From: Candidatus Hadarchaeota archaeon
GTDB taxonomy: Archaea > Hadarchaeota > Hadarchaeia > Hadarchaeales > Hadarchaeaceae
Reading direction: 5' to 3'
NCBI GenBank assembly: GCA_964514945.1
Contig: CAZESD010000001.1
Location: forward strand, 40,246 to 104,245
Length of the DNA: 64,000 nucleotides
In this document: positions 18,584-28,509 of the stretch, piece by piece
Numbering within the stretch: position 1 is the first letter of the stretch
How the letters are laid out: every line of letters begins with the position of its first letter
Made by a program: the position numbers and the translations under genes
Notes under the pieces: generated by a model
What the model was told of the DNA's origin: nothing
Databases searched by the model: none
Seen by the model: only the letters and a program-made list of their open reading frames with translations

Positions 18584-20443
18584 TCAGCTTCCGACGAATA
18601 TCGGGCGCATCGAGAGCAATCTTGACAGGACCAGAGGTCTGAAAGGCATGCCCTTGGTCTTTTTGGCGACCTCGGTGGATAAGCTCTTAACGGTCATCGA
18701 TTTGAGCGCCTTCTTCCCCCGGACCCTCACAGGTAATTTTTTCCTTTTCAACTCTTTGTCACCGAGTACGACGATCAAATTAACCCATTCGCGCTCGGCG
18801 TCCCGCACCTTCTTTGAAACGGTCTCGGCCCGATCATCGATATCAACTCGGATGCGAGCCTTTTCCAGAGTATCCGCGATTCGCTCACAAGATTTGATGT
18901 GGCGGTCGGCCAGCGGGATAATTCTGACTTGGGTTGGCGAGAGCCAGAGCGGCAAGCTTGGGGCCTTCCCAGTCTTTTGTGCCTTTGCCGCTTCCTCCAG
19001 CGTTGCGTACATCCACCGCTCGATCGAACCCATGGAGGAATGTAAAATTATGCACCCTTTCTTTTCTCCGCGCTCATCCACGTACCGGATGTCGTAGCGC
19101 TCGGAGTCTTCCATGTCGAATTGAACAGTTGCGAGCTGGGCATTTCCTCCAACCGAGTCGATCACCTGAAACTCGTGCTTGAGCACCCAGTAATGCTTGC
19201 GTTCTGATAGCAGCTCGATGAGGGCCGGGCGCTTGACGAGTTTAAGCAGCCGCACGAAGAAGGACTTGTTTTGTCGGTAGAACTCCTCGATGGTGCGAAA
19301 CGCCACAACATAATCTACCTCCATCGACTCGGTCATCTTGGCATAGATTTTGAAGAGCCGCTCGTACTCCTCCATTCCCTGCTTCAGGTCGCGGCAGAAG
19401 CAATGTATATCGGGCATGGTGAATGCCCGGAGGCGCTTGAGCCCCACGCACTCCCCGCTCTGCTCCAGCCGATACGAGGGCGAGAGCTCGAATATCCGCA
19501 CCGGCATCTGGCGGTAGCTCATTACGGTATTTTTCATCATCTTGAACAACCCGAAATCCCCTGCGAACCGGAGGAGGAGCGTTCGGTTCGGGAGCTTGAT
19601 CTTGTAATCCTTCTGGTAGAAGCGCGCGGCCTGCTCTGCGATGTCCGGCTCGTCAGCGCGGTAGAGCACCGGGGTCTCGATCTTGCTGGCCCCGAGTTCG
19701 TCCGCGAGCTGGATTGCCAACTCTTCCAGCAGCCCCTTGATGAGCGCCCCTTTCGGATAGAAGCGGAAGTGTCCGGCGTCGCTTGCGGGTTCGTAGTCGA
19801 CCAGCTCCAAGCGCCGCATCAGCTTGATGTGGGCGGGCTCCTCCCCAGGCTTGCGTCCGAGCTCCTCGCTGAACACGAACTGACGGAGCGAGGGATTTTC
19901 CACGAGGGGTTTGCAGGCCTCGATGTTCGAGAGGTCGAGCTCGTGTTCCTCTCCATCGGGGGTGAGGATTATTCGTTTGCTTGGGACGGCCTCCGGGGCT
20001 CGGGCCTCGGCTTCCATGGCTTCAGCGGTTATCGTCCGTGAGAGCTCGGAGAGCGGGTGCCCTTTGCAGCTGAGCCTGAACGCCTTGTACCAGCCGAAGG
20101 GCAGGCGGTGGACCTCCAAACCCAGCTCGCGCAGCGTGTCGCGGGTGGCGTCGAGCAGTTTGATGGCGACCTTTGGGGGTGCGAGCGAGGAGCTGAGGTG
20201 GGCATATGGGTAGAGGGCAACCCTTTTTGCTTCGACCTTTCTGGCGACCTCCGCGATTTCCCGGGCGGCGTTCTTCGATACCCCTTCGACGTTACTTCCG
20301 TCCTTCTCCTCTGCGGCTGTAAAGACCACTAGTACCTCTTCAAGGCGCCCGGAGCGGCGGTCGGGCGGGACCTCCTCCGCCACGGGTGTGCGCTGCTTCA
20401 CCTCGAACTCCAGGAAATCTGAGTGAATCAACAGAACCCTCAA
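18584..20443 (-). CDS. thrS: Threonyl-tRNA synthetase, archaeal type with N-terminal DTD-like editing domain
   Basis: 619 aa, TTG start after GGTGA. N-terminus 'MRVLLIHSDFLEFEV ... YPYAHLSSSLA ... CKGHPLSELSRTI' is the archaeal editing domain. It is followed by a class II core and an anticodon-binding domain. Confidence 0.93.
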   Translation of the reverse strand: MRVLLIHSDFLEFEVKQRTPVAEEVPPDRRSGRLEEVLVVFTAAEEKDGSNVEGVSKNAAREIAEVARKVEAKRVALYPYAHLSSSLAPPKVAIKLLDATRDTLRELGLEVHRLPFGWYKAFRLSCKGHPLSELSRTITAEAMEAEARAPEAVPSKRIILTPDGEEHELDLSNIEACKPLVENPSLRQFVFSEELGRKPGEEPAHIKLMRRLELVDYEPASDAGHFRFYPKGALIKGLLEELAIQLADELGASKIETPVLYRADEPDIAEQAARFYQKDYKIKLPNRTLLLRFAGDFGLFKMMKNTVMSYRQMPVRIFELSPSYRLEQSGECVGLKRLRAFTMPDIHCFCRDLKQGMEEYERLFKIYAKMTESMEVDYVVAFRTIEEFYRQNKSFFVRLLKLVKRPALIELLSERKHYWVLKHEFQVIDSVGGNAQLATVQFDMEDSERYDIRYVDERGEKKGCIILHSSMGSIERWMYATLEEAAKAQKTGKAPSLPLWLSPTQVRIIPLADRHIKSCERIADTLEKARIRVDIDDRAETVSKKVRDAEREWVNLIVVLGDKELKRKKLPVRVRGKKALKSMTVKSLSTEVAKKTKGMPFRPLVLSRLLSMRPIFVGS

Positions 20444-20535
20444 TTGCTCACCGCGTGCACTTGAATCCCTAAATTTAATAAACTATCCCCAAAACGGTTC
20501 TGTTGAATCTGAGGGTGTTGCATTTGCGGTGTTGA

Positions 20536-20766
<231 letters not shown>

Positions 20767-20824
20767 GTAAGGATGCATTCAGCATATCTCGAATTGCTTA
20801 GATTTGGGATGTGTAGAACCCATT

Positions 20825-21682
20825 CTAAATAGTCGCTAAGAACACTCCCGCGAACACGATAGCCATTCCACAAATCGCTTTTTTAGAGGGCCGTTCTCTA
20901 ACGAGAAGAATACTGAGCAGAAAGCCGAAGGGTATCACGGCGCCGGCGACAGGTGCCAGCACGCTTGCTTTTTCCATTCCCAATGCACCCAGAAACAGGA
21001 GGGGGCCGATGAAAAAACCGAGGATGCCAGAGAGAACGCTCAGCTTCAACCCCCTTTTGTCGAACTTTATACCGGTCCCAATGTGACTGACACCCATTGC
21101 GATATTGCAGGCCACCGCTGCGGAGATCACCCTAACCGCGAGAAGTGTGCCCACAGTCATTCCTTCATTGAGGCAAAATTTCATGGGGGCGATCGCCGAA
21201 CCCCACATGATTGCCACCAAAAAAGCCAGAGGCACCATCCCCTTCCAGCCGTCTGTTTCCTTCCCTTTCGGTGCCAGGAAGTATGCTCCAAGAACCACGA
21301 AGGCAGCCGATACAAGAATGAGTGGCGTAATCCTCTCGCCCAAAAACAAAAATGCAGCGAGAACCCCCCATACTGAGTGGGAATTGCCGATGGGTAAAAC
21401 CCTGTGGACAGCGCCCCTATTCACTAAATAAAAGTACAACTCACATGCCGCGAACCAAGAAATTACTCCGACGAGGATTCCTATCACGGTTAAAAATAGT
21501 CCTGGATAGCTCAAACTATTGGTCAATAAAGCAAATAGAATAATCAAAGGCGCAACTAAAGTTGGCCTGATGGCGTTAAAGACAGATACATCCAACCTCC
21601 TCAAAGCTAACTTGCCAATCGTTTGATCTGCTCCCCAGCAAAGGGATGCGGCTAGTGCAAGTGCAAGTGCGAGCGAATTCAT
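20825..21682 (-). CDS. DMT/EamA-family transporter (paralog 1)
   Basis: 285 aa, about 10 TM, two EamA halves. Collinear with 24673..25536, e.g. 'RGAVHRVLPIGNSHSVWGVLAAFLFLGE' versus 'REAVHRIAPISNTQPLWGVLAAVLLLGE'. Confidence 0.85.
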   Translation of the reverse strand: MNSLALALALAASLCWGADQTIGKLALRRLDVSVFNAIRPTLVAPLIILFALLTNSLSYPGLFLTVIGILVGVISWFAACELYFYLVNRGAVHRVLPIGNSHSVWGVLAAFLFLGERITPLILVSAAFVVLGAYFLAPKGKETDGWKGMVPLAFLVAIMWGSAIAPMKFCLNEGMTVGTLLAVRVISAAVACNIAMGVSHIGTGIKFDKRGLKLSVLSGILGFFIGPLLFLGALGMEKASVLAPVAGAVIPFGFLLSILLVRERPSKKAICGMAIVFAGVFLATI

Positions 21683-21947
21683 GATTCAGATGTGAGTTTG
21701 GGTATTTTTAAAATTTGTGTGCACAGCTAAAAAAGTGCAGTCGAAAGTTAATAGTGAATCTTAGTAAGATGTATTGGCGTAACTCAAAGGATAAACCACC
21801 TATTCACTCCGTGAGATGCCAATAGTATGCCAGCGGGAAGACGAAGACTGAAAGGACTCTCCACAATCGTGGCAAAAAGATTAAGCAAGTTAATGTATCT
21901 GGTACTTTGCCTTTTATCGAGATGTCTGCTCTTGATTTTGTTATTCT

Positions 21948-23276
21948 TTAGGTCAGGATAGGTTTTATTCCCAAAATCTCACAGAAATCCAAAAGTTCTG
22001 ATTTAAAATTCCCATACGCCATATGCAAATGATTTGATCTTATGTTCTGTAAAAATTCCTTCGGGTCCCCATCGAGTTTAATGAAAGCGTGGGGCCATTT
22101 TCCCCTTGCCTCCTTGAACTTCTCTTTAGATTGTTCGAATGATTCCCCTGATGCTATCTGCATTACATATGCCCCTCCCACCCTACTAAGCCTTGCCAAA
22201 GTTACCTTTCCTTTCCTGCAGCAGAACACCGTTGTCGCGCCACGCTTTTTGCCCATGTATTCATATTGTAGTCCCCAGTCCACATCTTTTTTATCTCTAG
22301 CAAGCGTGGTTGCGGCGGCCCCACAGTTTACCAGCCTCAAGACCCCTTGTTCCATATCGATATGGTTCACATCTGCGAAAAGTACCGGACCATCGGCAAG
22401 TATATGCATGATTTGCATGGTCAATGCAGCGTTTATATCTGCTTCACAAGCGGTTACTATCCCATCGTCATTAAGCAAGGAGATGCCCAAGCAACATGAA
22501 ACATAGTTGTCGATCATCTCAGGTTGGCATTTCACGCCTATGAAATCGAATTTCTTCTCATGAACTATTTTTTTAAGAGCCATGTATAACTTAATCGATT
22601 TCATCATTATCTCGTCTGGCGGTTCTATTCTACCGTACTCCTTCTTTATCTTTTCATAAAATTCCCGCGCCGCCTCATCTGAAATCTGAGTTGCTAATAA
22701 CCACAACTGATATTGATCAACGTGTTCTATCTCCACCCCGAATATACGCTTGACCTGTGCCATGTCCACCATCGCGGTATACATGCCCATCGAACGTCCA
22801 CCGATGAGGCCAAAATTTGAACCTTTAAGTTTGTTTACAACCATTGCCGCTCTTGCATACGAAACGATGCTTTTTAGTGCTTCTTGATCGTCGGGCAGTC
22901 CATATACGAACTTGTGTTTAATACCAATCTCATCCAGAGATCCATGAACTATCCCACCCCCCACCAGCGAAAAGGACTGCGGGTCCGCCATCGCCCATAA
23001 TACGAACGGCATTCTGACTTCCTGTGTCGCTGTGACAATCGTTGGGGGATATACCCAAGTCCCAATAAGATAAATCAAACAGTCCGCTCCTTTATCTCTA
23101 AGTTCTTTCGCGGCTGAAACAGTCTCCTCAGTACTCAATGAAATATCCTTATGATGAACCACATCAAGTCCTGCGTTCTTTAAGCTATCAATAGCAGCTA
23201 AATGAAAATTTTCAGCCAAATCTAGTCTCTCTCTTGGTAAGGATAACGTGATCAATCCTACTTTAGGCAGCGGCAT
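21948..23276 (-). CDS. L-fucose/L-arabinose isomerase-family sugar isomerase
   Basis: 442 aa. N-terminal 'KVGLITLSL' Rossmann-like domain. The C-terminal part ('GVKCQPE...TACEADINAALTMQIMH...DVNHID...LVNCGA') is typical of FucI/AraA-like isomerases. Confidence 0.7.
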   Translation of the reverse strand: MPLPKVGLITLSLPRERLDLAENFHLAAIDSLKNAGLDVVHHKDISLSTEETVSAAKELRDKGADCLIYLIGTWVYPPTIVTATQEVRMPFVLWAMADPQSFSLVGGGIVHGSLDEIGIKHKFVYGLPDDQEALKSIVSYARAAMVVNKLKGSNFGLIGGRSMGMYTAMVDMAQVKRIFGVEIEHVDQYQLWLLATQISDEAAREFYEKIKKEYGRIEPPDEIMMKSIKLYMALKKIVHEKKFDFIGVKCQPEMIDNYVSCCLGISLLNDDGIVTACEADINAALTMQIMHILADGPVLFADVNHIDMEQGVLRLVNCGAAATTLARDKKDVDWGLQYEYMGKKRGATTVFCCRKGKVTLARLSRVGGAYVMQIASGESFEQSKEKFKEARGKWPHAFIKLDGDPKEFLQNIRSNHLHMAYGNFKSELLDFCEILGIKPILT

Positions 23277-23334
23277 CCTATCGATAGTGTTGTTAACTTA
23301 GGCTTTTATTTCACTTTTGGATACTTGAACGCTT

Positions 23335-23351
23335 ATTGTTAAGTTAACAAT
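23335..23351. promoter_or_regulatory. 17-bp perfect palindrome ATTGTTAAGTTAACAAT in a divergent promoter region (candidate operator)
   Basis: Arms ATTGTTAA/TTAACAAT around a central G. A related half-site TTGTTAACTTA lies at 23290-23300. A TATA-like 'AATATAAAA' follows at about 23364. It sits between the isomerase (-) and MFS (+) starts. Confidence 0.35.
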
Positions 23352-23390
23352 ACTCTTATTCACTAATATAAAATGGACTTGGGGGCTTAG

Positions 23391-24608
23391 ATGACAGAAT
23401 TAAAAGTACATGATTCCGAGAGGGACCAAAACATTAAACTCATTAAATTGTTTTATTTTTTGTATATAGCTGGATGGGGTGCCTTTTCGATTTTCTTTCC
23501 GGTTTATCTTGTAGAACGCGGTATTTCCCTGGCGCAGGTGGGGATAATAATGGCGGTCCCGATGATAATCGGGGTCTTTATGAGTATCATGTGGAGCTCC
23601 TTTTCCGACGCTATCGGAAGAAGAAAACCTTTTTTAATACAGTCGTCCATTCTAATGGCATTGTTCACATTTGCAATTACACTGTTATACTCGTTCGAAG
23701 GGTTTCTCATTTTGGGGGTGTTCAAGGCTCTTTTCATTCCTATGGCGGAAGGATTGATAGTAACGAGTTTATTTAGATTGTCCGATTATCGCGGGAGAGC
23801 CACAGCCTATTCAGGTTTCGCGATATGGGGATCCGTTGGATGGGCCATCGCGACCGCGCTCGCAGGTGTTGCGGCCTGGGTTTTTGGGATAACGGCGGTT
23901 TTTTATTTAGCAAGCCTGTTGTTCGTCGTCGCGACAATCGTTTATCTTCGAGTTCCAGAACCTAGAGAAATTGAGGGGTTCCCCAAAACATCTGCACGCA
24001 GCTCGGTGCGACCACGCATTATCACGAGCTATTTTGCCCCAATACGCGAACTCTTAACGAATAAGAAAATGGTAATCCTTCTCTTGGCTTCCCTCCCCTT
24101 ATTTGCGGCGATAAATGCGGCTTCGCGGTTCTTTCCCATTTATCTGGAGTCCTCCGGAGCCTCGCCCATACTTATAGGCCTCGCTTTCACGTTTCCTGCC
24201 ATCCTAGAGATCCCGGTTTTTATTCGCGTGGGGAAACTATCCGATAAAATCGGTGCAAGAAAACCTTTGCTCATTTTCTCCGCAGCGGTGTACAGTCTGC
24301 TCTTTTTCCTTGTTTTGTTGACTTCAAATCCCGTTCTACTTTTATTGATACATTCATTACTCACACCATTCGCATGGGCTCCTTTAATTACCGGTTCTTC
24401 TACTTTAGTTTCGGAAATTGTGCCACGAGATAAATGGGTTACAGGACAGAATTTATACACAATCTGGCTGTGGTCTATAGGTGGTATCATCGGCCCCCTT
24501 ATCGGTGGATTCACTTCGGATGCGTGGGGGTTGCCGATTATGTTCGCCATTGCTTCAGTGTTTGCGGTAGTGTCGGGGGTATTCTTTAGAGGGATCAGAG
24601 AAAAATAA
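23391..24608 (+). CDS. MFS transporter
   Basis: 405 aa, 12 TM pattern. 'SFSDAIGRRKP' and 'GKLSDKIGARKP' loop motifs. Confidence 0.85.
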   Translation: MTELKVHDSERDQNIKLIKLFYFLYIAGWGAFSIFFPVYLVERGISLAQVGIIMAVPMIIGVFMSIMWSSFSDAIGRRKPFLIQSSILMALFTFAITLLYSFEGFLILGVFKALFIPMAEGLIVTSLFRLSDYRGRATAYSGFAIWGSVGWAIATALAGVAAWVFGITAVFYLASLLFVVATIVYLRVPEPREIEGFPKTSARSSVRPRIITSYFAPIRELLTNKKMVILLLASLPLFAAINAASRFFPIYLESSGASPILIGLAFTFPAILEIPVFIRVGKLSDKIGARKPLLIFSAAVYSLLFFLVLLTSNPVLLLLIHSLLTPFAWAPLITGSSTLVSEIVPRDKWVTGQNLYTIWLWSIGGIIGPLIGGFTSDAWGLPIMFAIASVFAVVSGVFFRGIREK

Positions 24609-24672
24609 TCGGATTAGACTAGCGTCCTGTTTCGCATAAAGGTTGATAAACCAAGCTATCACGAGTATTAAC

Positions 24673-25536
24673 ATGATTCCGTTAGCTTTTGCACTTGCTT
24701 TTGGAGCGACCATCTGCTGGGGTCTGTCCCAGATAGCAGGAAAGCTAGCTTCGAGGAGTGTGGAGGTGCCCGTTCTCAATGCAGTTAGAACATCATTCGC
24801 TTTAGTACTGGTCATCCTATATCTTCTGTCGACGGAAGGCTTGGGCTACGTCCGAGCAGAGCTGATATTAGTGGCAACCTTCACTGGGGTAATCGGATGG
24901 TTCGCGGCGCCCATGTTGTTCTACTATTTAATGCAGAGAGAAGCCGTCCACAGGATTGCGCCTATTAGCAATACCCAGCCCTTGTGGGGGGTTTTAGCTG
25001 CAGTGCTGCTCTTGGGCGAGGAAGCGAAGTCCACAATCTTTTTATCAGTCGCTTTGGTGCTTCTCGGATCATATTTTCTGGCTCCCACGGAAGGACCGAG
25101 CAAGTCGAGACGTTGGAATCCAAAACTCCTCCTGGCTCTTCTAGTAGGCGTTATGTGGGGTATCGCGATTGTCTTGAATAAATACGGTCTTAGCGGAGGA
25201 ATGTCACCGGCAATATTTCTCCTTGTGGGAACAGTTTCCGCGTCGGCAGCTTGCAATATCGCGATGTTCGCTCACCGCGCTAAGAAGAGGGTAAACTTCA
25301 ACGGGAGGGGTGTAGGGTTTAGCATTCTATCCGGTGCCCTCGGCCTTTTCGTGGGACAAATTCTGTGGCAACATGCGCTGAAGATCGAAAAGGCGAGCGC
25401 ACTCTCCCCTGTGGTTGGAGCCTTGGTACCGCTTGCCTTTATCTTTAGCATATTGCTCCTGAGGGAGAGGCCCACCAAAAGGGCGATCCTAGGTATGATT
25501 GTCGTGTTTACAGGGATATCCTTGGCGACTATGTAG
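24673..25536 (+). CDS. DMT/EamA-family transporter (paralog 2)
   Basis: ORF 24643..25536 trimmed to ATG 24673 because 'MIPLAFALAFGATICWG' aligns with the paralog N-terminus 'MNSLALALALAASLCWG'. C-terminus 'LRERPTKRAILGMIVVFTGISLATM' versus 'VRERPSKKAICGMAIVFAGVFLATI'. Confidence 0.85.
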   Translation: MIPLAFALAFGATICWGLSQIAGKLASRSVEVPVLNAVRTSFALVLVILYLLSTEGLGYVRAELILVATFTGVIGWFAAPMLFYYLMQREAVHRIAPISNTQPLWGVLAAVLLLGEEAKSTIFLSVALVLLGSYFLAPTEGPSKSRRWNPKLLLALLVGVMWGIAIVLNKYGLSGGMSPAIFLLVGTVSASAACNIAMFAHRAKKRVNFNGRGVGFSILSGALGLFVGQILWQHALKIEKASALSPVVGALVPLAFIFSILLLRERPTKRAILGMIVVFTGISLATM

Positions 25537-25658
25537 GACTGTTTTGAAATTTGAGAAATCAGTCACGAAAAAGTATGTTTTTACATCTGAATTTTCAAAA
25601 TAAGTGTAAAAGTGCCACCATCGTCCATCAAGAACGCCATGAAGACTCAACGCGATTC

Positions 25659-26474
25659 TCAACCCCGTGTATCACCGTAACTTATCAATTTTATTTTTCT
25701 ATTTTTTATTATTCGTTTAATCCTTTTGCTGGTTAACGCCTTGGTTTCTGCCGCTCTGTGGGCGGCCACATGTTTAAGTTCACTAGGATCAACCGCTTTC
25801 ATCGCTCTCATTTCAGGGGTATCCAGCCCCGGATGGTTGCCAATTAGCCAGAGACCGGGGGTAAGTTTCTTAAGAACACCTACTAAGACCTTTTCTTTCT
25901 TTAGAGGTGAAACATCATAGGTGGGGAACCATTCTCCACGTTTTTCTCCCAAATCGCCAGAGATGGGTAATTTGTACTCTGCGGCAAGCTTCTTTACAAT
26001 CGCCTTCAGTTCTGGGGAAAATTTTGCCACGTGCATATGATTAGATAAATGTGAGATATTTACGCCTTTTTTCAACGCTAGTTCGATTTGAGCCCTAAGC
26101 TCTTTTTCGACTTCAACCAGCTTCGGTCTAGCCGCCAAGAAGTACGGCTTACTCGGAAAGAAATGACCATCGTTATCAACTAAACTAGGTACTTCAGCTA
26201 CTGGCAGTACTGGCCCCCACGAGTAAAACTGCCATTCGCTGGTCAGAACCAAGTGCAATCCAATATCAAGCTTTGGATTTTTTCTGGCTATCTCGACTGC
26301 TTCATTGAACCAAGGGGGTGTAACCATTATCTCAGCTGAAGTTAAAATGCCCTCCTTATACACTTTTTCAAAAGCTAAATTGACACTGTGGCAAAAGCCC
26401 AAATCGTCACACCTGACGATAAGCTTGATTTCATCGCTAGAGTTTTCGGCTTCAGCGCCGCCGTCGCTATCCAA
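25659..26474 (-). CDS. YdjC/ChbG-family carbohydrate (chitooligosaccharide-type) deacetylase
   Basis: 'LIVRCDDLGFCHSVNLAF' and 'IGLHLVLTSEW' match YdjC motifs. Start placed at TTG 26474, 5 nt after GGAGGTGAT; the track start GTG 26483 lies inside the SD. Confidence 0.8.
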   Translation of the reverse strand: MDSDGGAEAENSSDEIKLIVRCDDLGFCHSVNLAFEKVYKEGILTSAEIMVTPPWFNEAVEIARKNPKLDIGLHLVLTSEWQFYSWGPVLPVAEVPSLVDNDGHFFPSKPYFLAARPKLVEVEKELRAQIELALKKGVNISHLSNHMHVAKFSPELKAIVKKLAAEYKLPISGDLGEKRGEWFPTYDVSPLKKEKVLVGVLKKLTPGLWLIGNHPGLDTPEMRAMKAVDPSELKHVAAHRAAETKALTSKRIKRIIKNRKIKLISYGDTRG

Positions 26475-26610
26475 AGGTATCACCTCCTTAAACCTGTTGT
26501 CAAAGTGCTATATGTCTTTCAATCCTATGGTAGTCTTGTTAAATTTAATAAGATTCACTCATAAAAATTAGTAGCTAGAGTGGAGGAAGGTAAAAATCCA
26601 GAGGTGAAAA
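26449..26610 (-). repeat. Promoter/SD-leader cassette, copy A (upstream of the ydjC-like gene)
   Basis: Shares three blocks with 31151-31333. (1) The SD/start block 'GGTTTAAGGAGGTGATAC.TTTGGATA.CGAC' (reverse strand). (2) The TATA block 'TTATTAAATTTAA'. (3) An upstream block with 'AGGT(A/G)AAA' twice, at 26588-26595 and 26602-26609. Confidence 0.7.
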
Positions 26611-26672
26611 ACAATCTAAAACCCCTCGCCGATTTGTGTTTGGAAAATTCGCCGTGTTTCGAGAAGGGACTT

Positions 26673-28433
26673 CTAAACTTTTTCTCTCGAACACACCGCC
26701 ACGAAAAACCAAATCGCATGAACAATCCACTGCTCGGTCCATCGCCAGGCATATTTGTAAGAATTCTTTAATTTATAGTTTATAGATTCCGGTAGAAAAT
26801 CTATATCTCTTTCATCGTGAAAACCGGCCGTTATGCCGTTAACGATACCGCCTGGGGCATTTTGAAATCTCGGACGGAAATCTGGGGGATTTCTACCGAA
26901 GCCGTGGAGCATGCAAACACCAAAAGGATTCAGTCCCAGTACCCAGTTCAACTGGTTTCTGGCGTACTCCTCCAACTTCTCAGAAAAGGCCTCATCCCCT
27001 TTGAAAAGGACGCTTGCCAGGTATGCTGCGGTAGCTAACGAGGCGATGCGTCCGTTTTCCCCCTGCCACCAGTAACCGGACTCGTTTTCGTGCGGCATGA
27101 AAAAGGATGAGCGTGGTTTCTTGTCTACAGGTTTCACATACTGCCTTGCGTACCCAAATGGATTCACAACCTCTTCCGTAATCTTCAGTTCAAATTCCAG
27201 AGAAGCTCTGATTTTCTCTAACACCTCCTCTCTCAACGGTGAATCTTTGTCGACTTCCAGAAATCTGATCAGCGATGCAACGGGGAAGCCCGCCTCAGTG
27301 GCATGGTAATATGGCCGCTCCCCCTTGTCATCCGCCCTCCACCAACCCGAGTAATTAGAATCTGAAGATAGCCTATCCAAGAGAGATCGGGCCCGTCTTC
27401 TAGCAGCCAGAACAAATCTCTCTTCTCCTGTGGCGTTAAACAATTCTGATGCCGCTAACAACGCGCAATAATCATCTATAATATTTTCTTTCCCATCTGG
27501 CAGATACTCAATATTTTTTTCTTCCAGGTGATCAAAAGCTCTAATAGCTCCTTCCAAGTATTCCTCACTTTTGTAATCAGAGGACTCTCCCAAGGTACTT
27601 GCCCTCGCCAGCGCGGCGATTGCAACGCCACCCCCCTGTCTGTAGCCCACCTTGTACTTATCAGTTTTTTTATAGGAAATAGGCCCCCAGTTTATAAGTG
27701 CGCATATCTCCCTCGGGCCGGTCCTCTTGAACTGTTCGTCAAATACACTCAGGTAAAAGTAACCCTCCTTGTCCAGTATGCGCATCAGAAAATCTGCTCC
27801 ATAGAGGGCCTCTTCAATCAAACGAACCTTCAAATTTCCACCGAGGGGATGCTTGTACCCCAGCAATCTTTCTAGGGAATCGATCAATCCCCACACAACA
27901 AGGGGCGTCTGCTGGGTGTTCATATAGCGATTGAGGTGGCTAAGGTGTTTACTTACATCCCCGGCAGCATCGTACCAGCCACCGTGCACGTCCACCCGGT
28001 CTTTCCTTGACCCAACGAATTGCACGCTGTGGTCCGCCCTGTCGTACTTACCGGAACACCGCTGAGATTTAAAGTAAAATAGGATGTCTGATAAAGTTTT
28101 TTTCTGTAGAATATTTTCAGCAATTTCGAACGATCTTGAGCGGTATTCTTTCTCCCCCGCATTTATCAAAATATAGAAAAAACCAGTACCCTCAAAGTCC
28201 GAAAAGTCCAAGGTCCAGAAATTCCAGTCCTTCCAACTATCTACGTGTCCAGCGCGATGTATCTTTCCTTTGAAAACAGCCTTCCCGCTATCTTCATCTA
28301 CGAGACTGAACTTCGTTAACCCTGAATCCTCTGGTGCCTCAATCACCGCTCTCTTTTTGCCGGCTCTTTCATATCCGACATAATCTACAAAGATTTTCAA
28401 TTGATCCCTCCAGTCTAGGTTTTCTATCTGCAA
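26673..28433 (-). CDS. GH9-family glycoside hydrolase with N-terminal Ig-like domain; cytoplasmic (no signal peptide)
   Basis: 586 aa. 'VDVHGGWYDAAGDVSKH' (the GH9 GGWYDAGD region) and C-terminal 'NWVLGLNPFGVCMLHGFG...GGIVNG'. The N-terminus is hydrophilic. Confidence 0.78.
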   Translation of the reverse strand: MQIENLDWRDQLKIFVDYVGYERAGKKRAVIEAPEDSGLTKFSLVDEDSGKAVFKGKIHRAGHVDSWKDWNFWTLDFSDFEGTGFFYILINAGEKEYRSRSFEIAENILQKKTLSDILFYFKSQRCSGKYDRADHSVQFVGSRKDRVDVHGGWYDAAGDVSKHLSHLNRYMNTQQTPLVVWGLIDSLERLLGYKHPLGGNLKVRLIEEALYGADFLMRILDKEGYFYLSVFDEQFKRTGPREICALINWGPISYKKTDKYKVGYRQGGGVAIAALARASTLGESSDYKSEEYLEGAIRAFDHLEEKNIEYLPDGKENIIDDYCALLAASELFNATGEERFVLAARRRARSLLDRLSSDSNYSGWWRADDKGERPYYHATEAGFPVASLIRFLEVDKDSPLREEVLEKIRASLEFELKITEEVVNPFGYARQYVKPVDKKPRSSFFMPHENESGYWWQGENGRIASLATAAYLASVLFKGDEAFSEKLEEYARNQLNWVLGLNPFGVCMLHGFGRNPPDFRPRFQNAPGGIVNGITAGFHDERDIDFLPESINYKLKNSYKYAWRWTEQWIVHAIWFFVAVCSREKV

Positions 28434-28509
28434 TCTCTTTCAGCATTTTTCATCTGTGTTTCATTTGGATTTGTACGTATTTAGCCCTTGCTCCACGCTT
28501 TGGTTAGGC

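Noticed and set aside
26580-26771. Forward-strand ORF (63 aa) starting in the 'GGAGGAAGGTAAAAATCCAGAGGTG' part of cassette A, and the analogous mini-ORF at 31336 in cassette B.
   Set aside because: The reading frame is not conserved between the two copies; copy B stops after 9 codons. The nucleotide conservation is better explained as promoter-upstream sequence for the reverse-strand genes.
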